Source of the DNA: an uncultured Methanosarcinaceae archaeon
GTDB taxonomy: Archaea; Halobacteriota; Methanosarcinia; Methanosarcinales; Methanosarcinaceae
Reading direction: 5' to 3'
DNA length: 64,000 nt
Assembly (NCBI GenBank): GCA_963847185.1
Contig: CAWJYV010000010.1
Span: forward strand, 160,001 to 224,000
How positions within the stretch are numbered: position 1 is the first letter of the stretch; every line of letters begins with the position of its first letter. Below the pieces are notes generated by a model. That model did no database searches. It was not told where the DNA came from and was given only the letters and a program-made list of their open reading frames with translations. A program made the translations under genes and the position numbers. This document shows, in pieces, positions 10,465 through 21,609 of the stretch.

Positions 10465-10524
10465 ATTAAATATAAACATACTTGCAGGGAAAAGGAGATT
10501 AAAAAGGTTTAATTAATAAAATAA
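10465..10524 (-). promoter_or_regulatory. Promoter module shared with 6769-6828
   Basis: Reverse strand reads TTATTTTATTAATTAAA-N24-AAGTATGTTTATATTTAAT. Confidence 0.65.
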
Positions 10525-11110
10525 GTAATAATAAGGATTATATTTTTAAAATAAAAATTTATAAGCTTTTAAATCTATTTATATCCCTATACAATGCGTT
10601 TAATACTTATAAGATACCTTAAACTTCAAGTTTCGAGGATAATTTACTTAAAATCTCATGCATAAAAATTTTCTACATTTTTTCCAGAATGTAAAGGATA
10701 TATTTGTTTTCTCAAATTTAATTAATAACTCATCCATACCCTATTTTCCAAGTATTGCTCACAGTATTTCAATAATAAAATTTCTCACCTGAAGCATAAT
10801 TTCACTGCCGAGCAAAAAGAGATTGAAAGGAGATATTTTAGCAAATAAGTTTTTCTAAACCTTTGATCGTCTTTACAGTCGAAAGTAAATTCTGAATCAG
10901 TATAAAGCTCTTCAAAATTACCTTTTTCAAATAAACATAATATATTGTTTATTCAAATTTCCAGCAGAAACACAAAAGATTGCTATTACAGTTGTTAAAG
11001 CGCTGCTGGGGGGTAAGGTTCCTGGTTCTCAGTCCTTTTACTTTTCAGCTATCAACTGGCCACAATTCTTTTCTCCACACCCTGCAGCACTATTTTTTGT
11101 TTTTCCTGGC

Positions 11111-12739
11111 TTATGCCCTGTTCAGAAGCACCTTCATGTCCTCTTCAACTGTTGTATTCGGTCTGATATTGAAATTCTCTACCAGCACTTTGAGGACGTT
11201 GGGGGAAACAAAGGCCGGAAGCGTAGGGCCGAGAGTAATATTCTTTATTCCAAGGCTCAGGAGGGCAAGCAGGACGAGAACAGCTTTTTGCTCGTACCAG
11301 GCGATGTTGTAGGAGACAGGCAGCTCATTTATATCACTGAGGCCGAAAGCCTCTGCAAGCTTCTGGGCTATTACCACAAGCGAGTAAGAGTCATTGCACT
11401 GACCTGCATCTATTACCCTCGGGATTCCCCCTATATCGCCAAGATCCAGTTTGTTGTAGCGATATTTGGCACAGCCGGCTGTCAGGATTACCGTGTCTTT
11501 TGGAAGGGCTTTAGCAAAATCGGTATAGTAAGTTCTTTCTTTGTGCCTTCCGTCACAGCCTGCCATGACAATAAACCTGCTTATTGCTCCGCTTTTTACT
11601 GCATCAATGATCTTATCAGCAACTGAAAGGGCGGCTTCATGTGCAAAGCCTCCGATTATTGTTCCGCTTTCCAGCTGTTCAGGGGGCTTGCTCGTTTTTG
11701 CCTGTTTTATGAGGGAGGCAAAGTCCTTTGTTCCGTCTTCTTTTTCGTATATATGGGTAAGTCCTTCAAAGCCCACGACACCCGTAGTGTAGAGCCTGTT
11801 CCTGTATGATTCCCTTGGAGGGATTATACAGTTTGTTGTCATAAGGATTGGACCATTGAACTTTTCGAACTCTTCGTTCTGTTTCCACCAGGAATTCCCG
11901 TAATTGCCTGCGAAATTGTTGTACTTTTTAAAGGCAGGATATGAATTTGCAGGCAGCATTTCTCCATGGGTATAGACATCAATTCCTGTGCCTTTTGCCT
12001 GCTCAAGGAGCTGTTCAAGGTCTCGAAGGTCGTGCCCACTGATAAGGATTCCAGGTCTGTCTCTAACTCCTATATTAACTGCTGTCGGTTCAGGATTTCC
12101 ATAAGTTTCCGTGTTTGCTTTGTCAAGCAGAGCAAGGGCAGCTACACCTTTTTGCCCGCACTCAAGGACAAGACCGGTTAGAGCTTCTGCGCCCAGACGG
12201 TCGTCTGTAGTTGAAACAAGTCCTTTTTCTATAAACTCAAAGATTGACTCTTCTTTATAGCCGAGAATATAGGCATGATGAGCATAAGCAGCCAGCCCTT
12301 TCATTCCATAAGTCAAAAGTTCCCTGAGAGATCTTATATCCTCATTTGCGGTAGAATGGACAGCAACATCAATCTCTTCTATATTTTCAGGAGTGATTGT
12401 AGCCACTGAAGGCAGGCTTTTTTCGGCAGCTATCATTTCCGGAGGTACTCTTGCCTTAATTGAGTCCCGGATTACAAATCCTTTCTTTAAATATGATTCA
12501 ATTGCCTGTTTGTCAAAATTGGTATTTGTAAGCGTTGCAAAGAAGCTGTCAAGCACAAACCTGTCGGTTGCTTCCTCATTAGTTCCAGCTTCTCTTGCTT
12601 TCAGGTTATAGAACGAAATGCTTTTAAGGACATAGAGCAGCCTGTCCTGAAGATCTGCAACCTCTCCCTTCTTCCCGCATACTCCATTTTTCGTACAGCC
12701 TTTTACGTTGAGTGCTTCCTGACATTGATTACAGAACAT
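11111..12739 (-). CDS. hcp: Hybrid cluster protein (hydroxylamine reductase)
   Basis: N-terminal [10 protein letters not shown]...GVCGK; [29 protein letters not shown]. Confidence 0.97.
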   Translation of the reverse strand: MFCNQCQEALNVKGCTKNGVCGKKGEVADLQDRLLYVLKSISFYNLKAREAGTNEEATDRFVLDSFFATLTNTNFDKQAIESYLKKGFVIRDSIKARVPPEMIAAEKSLPSVATITPENIEEIDVAVHSTANEDIRSLRELLTYGMKGLAAYAHHAYILGYKEESIFEFIEKGLVSTTDDRLGAEALTGLVLECGQKGVAALALLDKANTETYGNPEPTAVNIGVRDRPGILISGHDLRDLEQLLEQAKGTGIDVYTHGEMLPANSYPAFKKYNNFAGNYGNSWWKQNEEFEKFNGPILMTTNCIIPPRESYRNRLYTTGVVGFEGLTHIYEKEDGTKDFASLIKQAKTSKPPEQLESGTIIGGFAHEAALSVADKIIDAVKSGAISRFIVMAGCDGRHKERTYYTDFAKALPKDTVILTAGCAKYRYNKLDLGDIGGIPRVIDAGQCNDSYSLVVIAQKLAEAFGLSDINELPVSYNIAWYEQKAVLVLLALLSLGIKNITLGPTLPAFVSPNVLKVLVENFNIRPNTTVEEDMKVLLNRA

Positions 12740-13161
12740 ATTTCCACCTCAAATCTATTTACGTAATTAGTTTCCAATTCTCCCTTGGCTTTTAGTGTTT
12801 TCTGCGTTTTTATATTTCCGAAGGCTCTTAATGTCGATATCTTTTAAATACCACTATCTTTATGATACTATTTCATATGATATCAAATGATATATAATAG
12901 CCAGTTTCGAAGTAGGTATTGGTATCAACCTTGATATCAATGGGGGAAATTATTAAAGGAGAGAAATAGAAAAGCACTAACTGAAGCTAGATGAAGCAAA
13001 ACTCGAAAAGGATTCAGACATCAACCACTAATACCTTTCAACTGGAAAAGAGAGTTTGACTTATTGACTTATCTTCTTTGCATTGTATTTCAGTTTTTGA
13101 AAATTCGTCTCTCTATTTGTAGGGTCTGTTTTTGTTGTAGCTTTTTTGATATCAATATATT

Positions 13162-13235
13162 TGATACGGGTGTTTATGATACTGGTGTTTATGATACTGG
13201 TGTTTATGTACTGGTGTTTATGATACTGGTGTTTA
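13162..13235. repeat. 15-bp tandem repeat x5
   Basis: TGATACTGGTGTTTA units (one with a substitution, one with a 1-bp deletion) in the hcp-ppcA divergent intergenic region. Confidence 0.9.
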
Positions 13236-13452
13236 TACTATTTTCATTTGCTTACGAAGATAAATTGACAATTTTTAAATTCATGCCTTTTGTCAACCCA
13301 TTGTAAACGGAAACATTTATTATCAAGTAAACATTCTTTCCCGATACTACTTTGCGATTATTATCAGGTTAACAATAAAGTAATTTGCCGCCAAAATACA
13401 AAAAAATAATAATTTGAAAAGTTGTTCCGTAAATAGGTGAGGATTCAATTTC

Positions 13453-15033
13453 ATGAGCAAGAAAACCGTTTTTCCAAAAGTAATGTGCACCCAGCACCCT
13501 GACTCTGCATCAAGGTATATTTCAACCCAGGAAGAACCCGGAGAAGCCGTTGAGGCTGCAGTGGTATTCGGCTGTGATGAATACATGCCGGATTATGAGG
13601 GAAAGGCAACACCCTACCACCAGAATGTCCAGATAGTATCAAAATTCATAGAAGAAACGGACCTCATACCGGGAAAAGATGTTTTTATCACTCCGAGAGC
13701 CCCAAGTGCAGTCCAGGAAAACCGATTCAGACAACTTATGGTCATGATGTCCATTGCTGAAGCTAATCATGGAGCTCTTGAATATTCGGATGTCCAGGCA
13801 ATCAATGAATTCGTACATCCAATGACAGGTACTGTCAGAGAAATCATTGAAGCACAACAGCACATGGTAGATGTAAGCGAGCTTGCAAAAAAGGAATTCG
13901 GGTTTTCAATGGAAGTTCCGCGGATTATTCCCTTGATAGAGGACGCTCCTTCCCTGTTGTACACAAAGGAACTTGCCAAAAATACTATCCTTGCCTGGGG
14001 GGAACACTTTGGGACAACACCTGAGAAATTCAGGGTATTTCTGGGGAAATCCGATTCAGCCCTCTCTTTTGGGCATGTTGCAAGTACACTTTCATGCAAA
14101 TATGCGATAAACGGAATTACGGAATTGAACGCTGAACTTGATACAGTGACAGGTATTATCTTCGGGGCAGGAACCCTGCCTTTCAGAGGTCACCTGAATC
14201 TGAAAAATGCAGACAATTTTCTCAAGGAGTACAGGGGAATAGGAACTATCACTCTTCAATCAGCTCTAAGGTACAGCCATGAAAAAGGAGATGCTGAAGC
14301 CCTTGTAAACCTTGCAAAAGCCAGGCTTCCGGAAACTCCTGACATTTATTCAAGCGAGGAAAAAGAAGAACTAATTAACCTTATCGGAATTTTTGGAGCA
14401 AAATACAGCAGGATTCTGAGGGAGCTGGCACCCATGATAAACAGGATAGCTGAGCTTCTTCCCCAGCAGCGGGACCGCCTTATGCACAAAGGAAGCGGGG
14501 GCTATTCGAGAACTGCTCCTGATATCTCCGGACTGACAGATCTCTGTCGCAACGACATTGGAAAAGAACTTGAAAGCAGCATGCCTGTTGAAGGCCTGCA
14601 CCTGCCAAGAGCAATTAAATTTACCGGTGCTTTATACTCCATAGGCCTTCCACCGGAGTTCATAGGTACAGGCCTTGCCCTTGAAGAAGCCAGGAAAAAA
14701 CTTGGGGAGGCTGCCTGTGAAAACCTGCTTTCAAAATACTTCCCTTCCCTTGCAGATGACCTCAGTTTCGCATCAGGATATATGGACCTTAATGTCGCAT
14801 CTCGCTTCCTTCCAGGAGCCTGCTTAAAAGAAATCAATAAAGACATCAATATCCTGCATGATAATCTGAACCTTGAAACAAGGCCCGAGCCTTCATACCG
14901 CATCCTGCTGGAAATGATGCAGCCTGAACTCCTGCAGGCAGGTAAGGCAGGGAATTGCATGGATGAGGAAGTATCTCAGCTCGTTTGCTCAACCATTACC
15001 AAAATGGGGAAAATAAGAAAGGCGCTTGGTTAA
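13453..15033 (+). CDS. ppcA: Archaeal-type phosphoenolpyruvate carboxylase
   Basis: Motifs MCTQHPD, DYEGK, GTLPFRGH and LPRAIKFTGALYSIGLPPE. Confidence 0.95.
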   Translation: MSKKTVFPKVMCTQHPDSASRYISTQEEPGEAVEAAVVFGCDEYMPDYEGKATPYHQNVQIVSKFIEETDLIPGKDVFITPRAPSAVQENRFRQLMVMMSIAEANHGALEYSDVQAINEFVHPMTGTVREIIEAQQHMVDVSELAKKEFGFSMEVPRIIPLIEDAPSLLYTKELAKNTILAWGEHFGTTPEKFRVFLGKSDSALSFGHVASTLSCKYAINGITELNAELDTVTGIIFGAGTLPFRGHLNLKNADNFLKEYRGIGTITLQSALRYSHEKGDAEALVNLAKARLPETPDIYSSEEKEELINLIGIFGAKYSRILRELAPMINRIAELLPQQRDRLMHKGSGGYSRTAPDISGLTDLCRNDIGKELESSMPVEGLHLPRAIKFTGALYSIGLPPEFIGTGLALEEARKKLGEAACENLLSKYFPSLADDLSFASGYMDLNVASRFLPGACLKEINKDINILHDNLNLETRPEPSYRILLEMMQPELLQAGKAGNCMDEEVSQLVCSTITKMGKIRKALG

Positions 15034-15290
15034 GCTTAGAAATGAGATTTCATCTTCTGGAGCTTCATTAACAAAAAGAGGATTCCTTCTGAAAAATTAC
15101 AGGACAGCAGTGTCGGTAGGGATCTGGGACAGGATGCCGAAAGACAAACAAAGGAGATCCCTGGAAATAGCTGAGAACTTCATGGAAAAAATTAGCTAAT
15201 AAGGGCTGCTGCTTCTAAGCTATTTTTTGTATTATTTTCTTCTAGCTGTGGTTTCTAGAATTTTTGTGCCGTTTATTCAGCTACAGTTTC

Positions 15291-16166
15291 TCAGAGTTTT
15301 CTCTCACTTTTGGTGATATCTTCTATGATCCCCTGAAAGTGAGTCACTTCTCCTTCCTCATTGCGCTGGATAAAGGTTTTTTCTTCAACCCAGCGGACCT
15401 CACCTGCGGGCGTTAAAATCCGGTATCTACGGTTGAACTGCTTTCCTCCTTCTTCACAGTTCTCCTCAAGTTCGAGTTCAACAAGGAGAAGATCTTCAGG
15501 ATGGATAATCTTCCCGTAAAGTACCCTTCCGGAAATGAAATCTTCAGGAGAATACCCAAGCTGCTTGACATTCTCAGAAACGTAGAGAGTAGGCCAGTAC
15601 TTTTCGGCTTTCCAGAGAAAAACTATCATCGGACTGTTGTTAATTACAGTCTCGAGAGCTTTCTGGCGCTCGAGCAGGGATTTTTGCTTTTCCATAAGGG
15701 CTTTCTGGCTTTCGAGCGCATTTCTGAGTGCATTTTCATTTTTTATTTCGGATGTGATATCTCTGACTATACCCTGAAAGTTGGTCACATTTCCCCTCTC
15801 ATCCCGCTGGATAAAGGTTTTTTCTTCAACCCAGCGAATTTCTCCTTTTCCTGTAAGGATTCTGTAACGCTGCACAAAGCTATCTTTCCCAGCCTGACAG
15901 CAGTTTGTGAGTTTTTTTCTTACTCTATCTATGTCTTCCGAATGGACAATGTTTGCGTACATTATTCTGCCTGTAAGAAAATCTTCTGCGCTGTATTCAA
16001 GCTGGGTAACATTCTCGGAAACATATCTGGCAGGCCAGTTATCTTCAGGAGTCCAGAGGAAAACCATAACAGGGCTGTTGTTAATTATGGTCTCCAGAAT
16101 ACGCTGTCTTTCTAGCGCCTCACCGAGAATAAATTCGTCACTTCCAGCTAATTGATTGAATCCCAT
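15291..16166 (-). CDS. Tandem PAS/PAC domain protein without output domain
   Basis: Two homologous units (LETxINNSP..VFLW..YVSENV..RYRILT..GExRWVEEKTFIQR) joined by a coiled-coil linker; GAGGTG RBS before ATG 16166. Confidence 0.85.
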   Translation of the reverse strand: MGFNQLAGSDEFILGEALERQRILETIINNSPVMVFLWTPEDNWPARYVSENVTQLEYSAEDFLTGRIMYANIVHSEDIDRVRKKLTNCCQAGKDSFVQRYRILTGKGEIRWVEEKTFIQRDERGNVTNFQGIVRDITSEIKNENALRNALESQKALMEKQKSLLERQKALETVINNSPMIVFLWKAEKYWPTLYVSENVKQLGYSPEDFISGRVLYGKIIHPEDLLLVELELEENCEEGGKQFNRRYRILTPAGEVRWVEEKTFIQRNEEGEVTHFQGIIEDITKSERKL

Positions 16167-16380
16167 ATCTCTGCACCTCTCCACAAACCCTTATTGGTCC
16201 TAAGATTCTTTAATGCGTCAGGTGAAAAACACTTTAAAACCCTTAAGCAATATATAATATATTTCGACATCTTATAAATCATGCCTTTTTGTAAATAGGG
16301 GGAATCTTCTGGACTCTGAAATCGTACTCAAAAATAAGAATATTGTCGAAAAGGGAGATGCAGGTAAGTTCAGCGAAAAG

Positions 16381-16749
16381 ATGCCCGATCTCATAATAAA
16401 AACCCGAAAAGAATATGGGCGGTATTTTGGGATCTGTGGATCGTACCATCATCTTAAAGCCTGTGTTTGCAGAAATTGCCCTTCTTATTCCGGAGGCACG
16501 GGGATGTTCTGTTCCAGGAATGACGCCCGAGAGCAGGGAAAAAAGGAAGATTGTCTCTGTGAATTTTGTGAAATTTTCAAAAAATTCCAGTTAGAAGGAG
16601 ATTATTTCTGTCGGAAAGATGAAAAGGAGGAACTCTCAGAAAAGCCCGGTATTTCTTTGAACAACTACAAAGATAATTCTTTAAGTAATGGAGAAACCAG
16701 ATTTTGTGTACTGGAAAACTGGAATAGAAGGATAAATGAAGAGGAATAA
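16381..16749 (+). CDS. DUF2769-like Cys-rich protein
   Basis: CVCRNCPSY..MFCSR..CLCEFC..YFC cysteine pattern. Confidence 0.65.
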   Translation: MPDLIIKTRKEYGRYFGICGSYHHLKACVCRNCPSYSGGTGMFCSRNDAREQGKKEDCLCEFCEIFKKFQLEGDYFCRKDEKEELSEKPGISLNNYKDNSLSNGETRFCVLENWNRRINEEE

Positions 16750-16990
16750 ATGAAGAAGGATTGCAGCAGGTATGTTCGCGCCAGCGAAACTTCGATTAAG
16801 GAGGCCTGGAAAACCAATCATTCAGGCATATCGTAAAACCGTTTTATGAGGGAGATCTTCAAAAAAGTATTGTGTAGCCCTTGCGTGTGTAGGGTGAAAA
16901 ATGGGGGCCGAAGAATATTCTGAAAAAATTCGGAACCTTCCAGCTACCGCATTTATCCAAATGTCTTAGTGGGCCTTTAAGCTTTTTAAG

Positions 16991-18574
16991 TCAGCTTTTC
17001 AGTTTCTTTTCCAGATTTTCCGAAATCACTTTAAGGACTTTTGTTCTGGAAAAAAGTTTGTCATTTGATTCCACGATAATCCAGGGGGCAGTTATGGTAC
17101 TTGTTTTCTGGAACATTTCATCTGCTGCAGTTTTGTACAGATCCCATTTGCCTCGGTTCCGCCAGTCTTCATCTGTTATTTTCCAGCTTTTCTGAGGGTC
17201 ATTTTGTCGACTTTCGAAACGCTCAAGCTGCGTATCTTTATCGATATGAAGCCAAAATTTGAGAATGATTGCTCCGGTCCCTGCAAGAATATTTTCAAAT
17301 TCGTTTATTTCTCTGTAAGCGCGTTCCCATACTTCCTCGTTGGTGAGTTTCTCCACCCTTTCAACCAGAACTCGACCGTACCAGCTTCTGTCAAAAATAG
17401 TTATATGCCCCGTGCCAGGGAGATCTTCACAGAAGCGCCACAGGTAATGATGAGCTTTTTCAATATCATTTGGAGGGCCCACTGGCACTACTCTATATAT
17501 CCTGGGGTTCAGTTCTTCAACAAGGCGGTGGATAGCACCTCCTTTGCCAGCGGCATCCCATCCTTCAAAGACTATGATTAGAGAGCGTTTTTTTCTGAAT
17601 AGTTCGTACTGGAGGGTCTCGAGTTTTTCCTGGTAAAATTTTTTTGCTTCTCCATAATCTTCAGAGGACATTTTCTTAGACATGTCAATCGTTTCCAGGA
17701 TAGAATTGTTAACCTGAGGAAGCTTTGATGTTTCAAGGTCCAGATATTTAATAGTCTGACGTCCTAGAATCACGGTCATCTGTTCAATATGGTTTTCCAT
17801 GATCCGAATTGCTGTCCTGATAATTTTGAGGGTTGCAAAATTTCTATCATTTGCTCCAACTATGATCCAGGGAGCATAAGGAGTATCCGTTTCTTCAAGT
17901 ATTTTTTCTACGGTTGGCAGATATTCATCATATTCATGAACAAAATCAAGATCTTTTCCATTCTCTTTCCAGCCATTCTTTTTCTTTTCATTCTCCTTTC
18001 CGTTTTTCTTTTCTTTTCCATTCTCTTTATCGCTTCTTCTTTCGTATTCACTAAGGACAAGAGGGATATTCTTCTTTTTGATTTCCTTGAAACGATTCTC
18101 CTGCTCTTTCTGGCTTAAATGGAGGAAGAATTTGAGTATCAGGTATCCGTCATCTGAAAGCTGGCGTTCAAAGCAGTTTATTTCTTCCAGACATTTTTCA
18201 AGCTTTTCTTCAGATTTTTCCTGCCCGAAATGCTTTAAAAGTGCTCTGCTGTACCAGCTTCGGTCAAAAATTGCAATTTTTCCTTTTGGCGGGGTATTGG
18301 TCCAGAAGTGTAGGAGAAAAGGTTTGAGAAAATCTTCATAACAAGACACGGTCATAGTGTGGAAATCGTACCCTCTGGGATCCAGAGGAAGAATAAATCG
18401 ATTAATATCTTCCCCCATTCCTGAAGCATGCCAGCCTTCAAAGACAAAAATTACCGGGATTTTGAGTTCCCACATTTTTCGTTGAAGCTCTCCGAGCTTG
18501 GATTCAAGTAATTTCATACTTTCTTTATATTCATCGTTTTTTACTGTCATTGACAGATTAATATTCTCAAGCAT
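16991..18574 (-). CDS. pap: Polyphosphate:AMP phosphotransferase (two-domain PPK2)
   Basis: Two PPK2 domains: FEGWHASGMG and FEGWDAAGKGG, with IFDRSWY twice. Confidence 0.92.
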   Translation of the reverse strand: MLENINLSMTVKNDEYKESMKLLESKLGELQRKMWELKIPVIFVFEGWHASGMGEDINRFILPLDPRGYDFHTMTVSCYEDFLKPFLLHFWTNTPPKGKIAIFDRSWYSRALLKHFGQEKSEEKLEKCLEEINCFERQLSDDGYLILKFFLHLSQKEQENRFKEIKKKNIPLVLSEYERRSDKENGKEKKNGKENEKKKNGWKENGKDLDFVHEYDEYLPTVEKILEETDTPYAPWIIVGANDRNFATLKIIRTAIRIMENHIEQMTVILGRQTIKYLDLETSKLPQVNNSILETIDMSKKMSSEDYGEAKKFYQEKLETLQYELFRKKRSLIIVFEGWDAAGKGGAIHRLVEELNPRIYRVVPVGPPNDIEKAHHYLWRFCEDLPGTGHITIFDRSWYGRVLVERVEKLTNEEVWERAYREINEFENILAGTGAIILKFWLHIDKDTQLERFESRQNDPQKSWKITDEDWRNRGKWDLYKTAADEMFQKTSTITAPWIIVESNDKLFSRTKVLKVISENLEKKLKS

Positions 18575-20477
18575 ATCAGGACCCTGCTTTACTTTTGGAA
18601 TCTATTTTAGTATGTATTGTTATCTATCTAAATAATTATTATGATATTTCTCTGGGGCAATATTAAAAATAAAATAATATTAAAAAGTATATATAAATTA
18701 AAGATTTTGTGGTTTAATCTATGCTAATAAACTTGGAAATAATTGATTACACATAGAAAAAGCTGAATATATATAGCAAAAACATTAGCTATTGGTTTTA
18801 TCTACTTTTTGATTTGAATAGTGTACACTTAGGAGAGAGAGAATATTTATATAAATATACCTCGATATATCTCACTTTAAGAATAACTTTTGGTATTACT
18901 TATTGCTGATTAGCCATATATTCTATTTTTCCCCTTCATATCTATATGAAATATATATTTTATGTCAATGTGTTAGTAATTGCACTACTGATTAATTAAT
19001 ATGGAACTATTCTTTATTATGTTATATATCCAAAAATATATATTAAAAATCAGTACTATGTTTGGTGTTATTAGATGAATATATTTAATAACATATTAGG
19101 ATATTGTGATTTTTAAAATATAACTAATTCGTAATTGTATTAGATTTCCTCATATATTCGCTAAAACAGATATATTTTAACAACTAATTTTATCGAATTA
19201 ATTTACGTACACAGATATTTAACTGATGTTAAACTATCTGTGTTAATTGTTATCTATTTAATTATATGTTTTCATTGACTATTATTTTGTATTTATGTAT
19301 TAGTGCTTATTGAGTTACATATAATTTGTAGATTGTTTTAGAATATATTCATTTTTGTAGTAATATCAAAATATTATAAATATAGCATATTGTTTTTATT
19401 ATTCATTAGAAAACATATTATGAATATGTGGTATAAAAGAAAGGCTTTTAAAACTCATTATTATAATGCATATCAAATGATATGCATTCAATATTTGTCA
19501 TTTTTAATAACCCCATTAAATAAATACCAATACTATGTAGTATATGTAAAATGTGTAACATACGTTTACAATTCAAATAAATAGCATATTCATAACATAT
19601 ATAACAGTATATAATTCATCATGATTTTTTATATTCAAATGTCGCTTTATAGTGTAAACATTGCCTATTATTTATACATTTTATTAAAATAAGCATATGT
19701 GTATAATTAGTTTTTTTGTATGTAACTGATAGACTATTTGATATGAACTTTTAAAGAAACACATAGCTAAAAAAGAGCTACAATTTAAAAAAAAATTGAG
19801 AGTTAAACTATGATAATTTTAGAAGTTTGATTTGCCAGTTATAATTTGTTCATTTTCGTAAAAAATAATATATTTTAGAATCTTCACATTCATTCCCATA
19901 GTTAGTATGTATAGATTTTTGTATTTCATACATAAATTTTTCTCCATATATTTTTGCATTTAATAGTACGTCTGTCGACGAAAACCCGTTAATTCTTATA
20001 GTATGTGTAATGGCTGACTTGACAAAAATGGAGGTAAAACATGATATTATAACACAAGCAAAAATCATGCTCATAGTATATAGGAATAAATTTGAAGGAT
20101 GTGTTTAAAGAGACAAATTCGATCTCAAGGTTACTTAATTAAGCTCGAAAATCTCTATATTATTATAAATTATATCTAACGTTTTTAATTATTATAGTCT
20201 TGCTAATTAGTTCACTTATATCTTGAGTTCGAACTAATAAGGCAGAATTTTGCATAGGAAATATATTTCCAGATGAATTCCCATAGTAATTTTTTTTCTT
20301 AAGCATAAATTGGTAATGGGCACGAGTTATCGAAAAACATATGCATGAGAGTCTTTATTCATTTCTTTCAAATATAGGGGGCGTATTTGCTTTTTTATAT
20401 TGATCAATAACTCACGGATACGATCCCAAAATTTCCGATTAAGGAATAATTATGGACTCTCAGTGATTGTATATTAC

Positions 20478-20845
20478 TATATTTATATAATCTTTTCTGG
20501 ATTGAATAGTGTAGCCTTCATGTCTCAAAAATACCATAAAACGCATATCCCTAAGTTATAAAAAAATAAACTAAAGTTTACTAAATATAAAATAAAGAGC
20601 TAATAATTATTAAAAATGAATACTATATGATATTGCCATTCTCGGTAGAGATATTTTAAGATTGAATCTGTATCTATACTACACACTATTAAAAGTAGCC
20701 TAATATGCCTTTAATATAGTCATATATTTATATAATCTATCTTGAGTTAAATAGTGTAGCCTACTCAAACAGAAAACACTATAAAACACATAGTTAAAAA
20801 TTATGTAAAAAATAAATCCAATTTTGCTGAATATAAATAAAGTAT
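20478..20845 (-). repeat. Duplicated ~120-bp promoter-like module (copies start at 20478 and 20723)
   Basis: Colinear: TATATTTATATAATCT-N11-AATAGTGTAGCCT...ATAAAAC.CATA...AAAAATAAA...AATATAAA; the minus strand gives a BRE/TATA (GAAAAGATTATATAAAT). Confidence 0.7.
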
Positions 20846-21144
20846 CTGATTTATTTTAATATTGGATTTTTAACATGGGGTATTCGATATACAAATACTT
20901 CTTTTGGAATATGGAATTATTTTTCTGAAATATATATTTTTAATTTAAATTTAACAAATAAATATATATATTTCTATAGTAATTATTATATATAATTGAA
21001 TTAATTTATGTTTATTATATTTATTTTCTTTAATTTTATATACTTTTTAAGTGGTAACTTTATATTATTACTTTAAATTAATTATCTTTTCTTAGATCTC
21101 TTAGTCCAGCCAGTACAAGAGAATACAAAATTTAAGTAACGAAA

Positions 21145-21609
21145 TTATAACTCCAACTTAATATCAAATATCTCTTCAAAAAGTTCATACTTTTTACGGG
21201 CTCTATATAGATACTGCCTGACCGGAGTTTCATCTTTTGCCCTGGCAAAGAGAGCTTCGATTTCTCCTCTGGAAAATATTACTTCAAGTTTTTTCAGGGG
21301 AATTTTCTCAAGTCCTGCCCAGTTGTCAATTGTCTGACTGCTTATCGAGATTGGGATTGGAAGCAGAAAAGCAGGAGCCTCGTCCACCCAGTTCCATCCG
21401 GAATCATAGATATTTACATAAAAAGAGCCGCATGAAATGCATTTTGTTACGACTGCAATTGTTTCCCCCGCAGAGTGATAACTAAGGCTCATAAGAATAG
21501 AGTCACAGTTACTGCAGTTTCCAATCTCATTTTCTTCCAGGCTGTACGCAGGCAATTGATTATCTTCAATATAAAGATTGTTTCCTTTGAGATCATAGCT
21601 ATATTTCAT
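21145..21609 (-). CDS. Hypothetical Zn-ribbon protein with helical C-terminus
   Basis: CSNC and CISC pairs; basic C-terminal RQYLYRARKK. Confidence 0.75.
   Translation of the reverse strand: MKYSYDLKGNNLYIEDNQLPAYSLEENEIGNCSNCDSILMSLSYHSAGETIAVVTKCISCGSFYVNIYDSGWNWVDEAPAFLLPIPISISSQTIDNWAGLEKIPLKKLEVIFSRGEIEALFARAKDETPVRQYLYRARKKYELFEEIFDIKLEL

Noticed and set aside
13162-13235. 15-bp repeat as CRISPR, or ORF 13064-13306 as a gene
   Set aside because: It is a pure tandem repeat without spacers; the ORF is a by-product of the repeat.
19390-20074. ORFs 19390-19584 and 19850-20074 as genes
   Set aside because: Composition typical of random AT-rich DNA; no RBS or motifs.
18575-21144. Firm call as replication origin or dif site
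   Set aside because: No repeated ORB boxes with G-strings and no cdc6 in the window; TTATATCTAAC at 20170 lacks a matching left arm.
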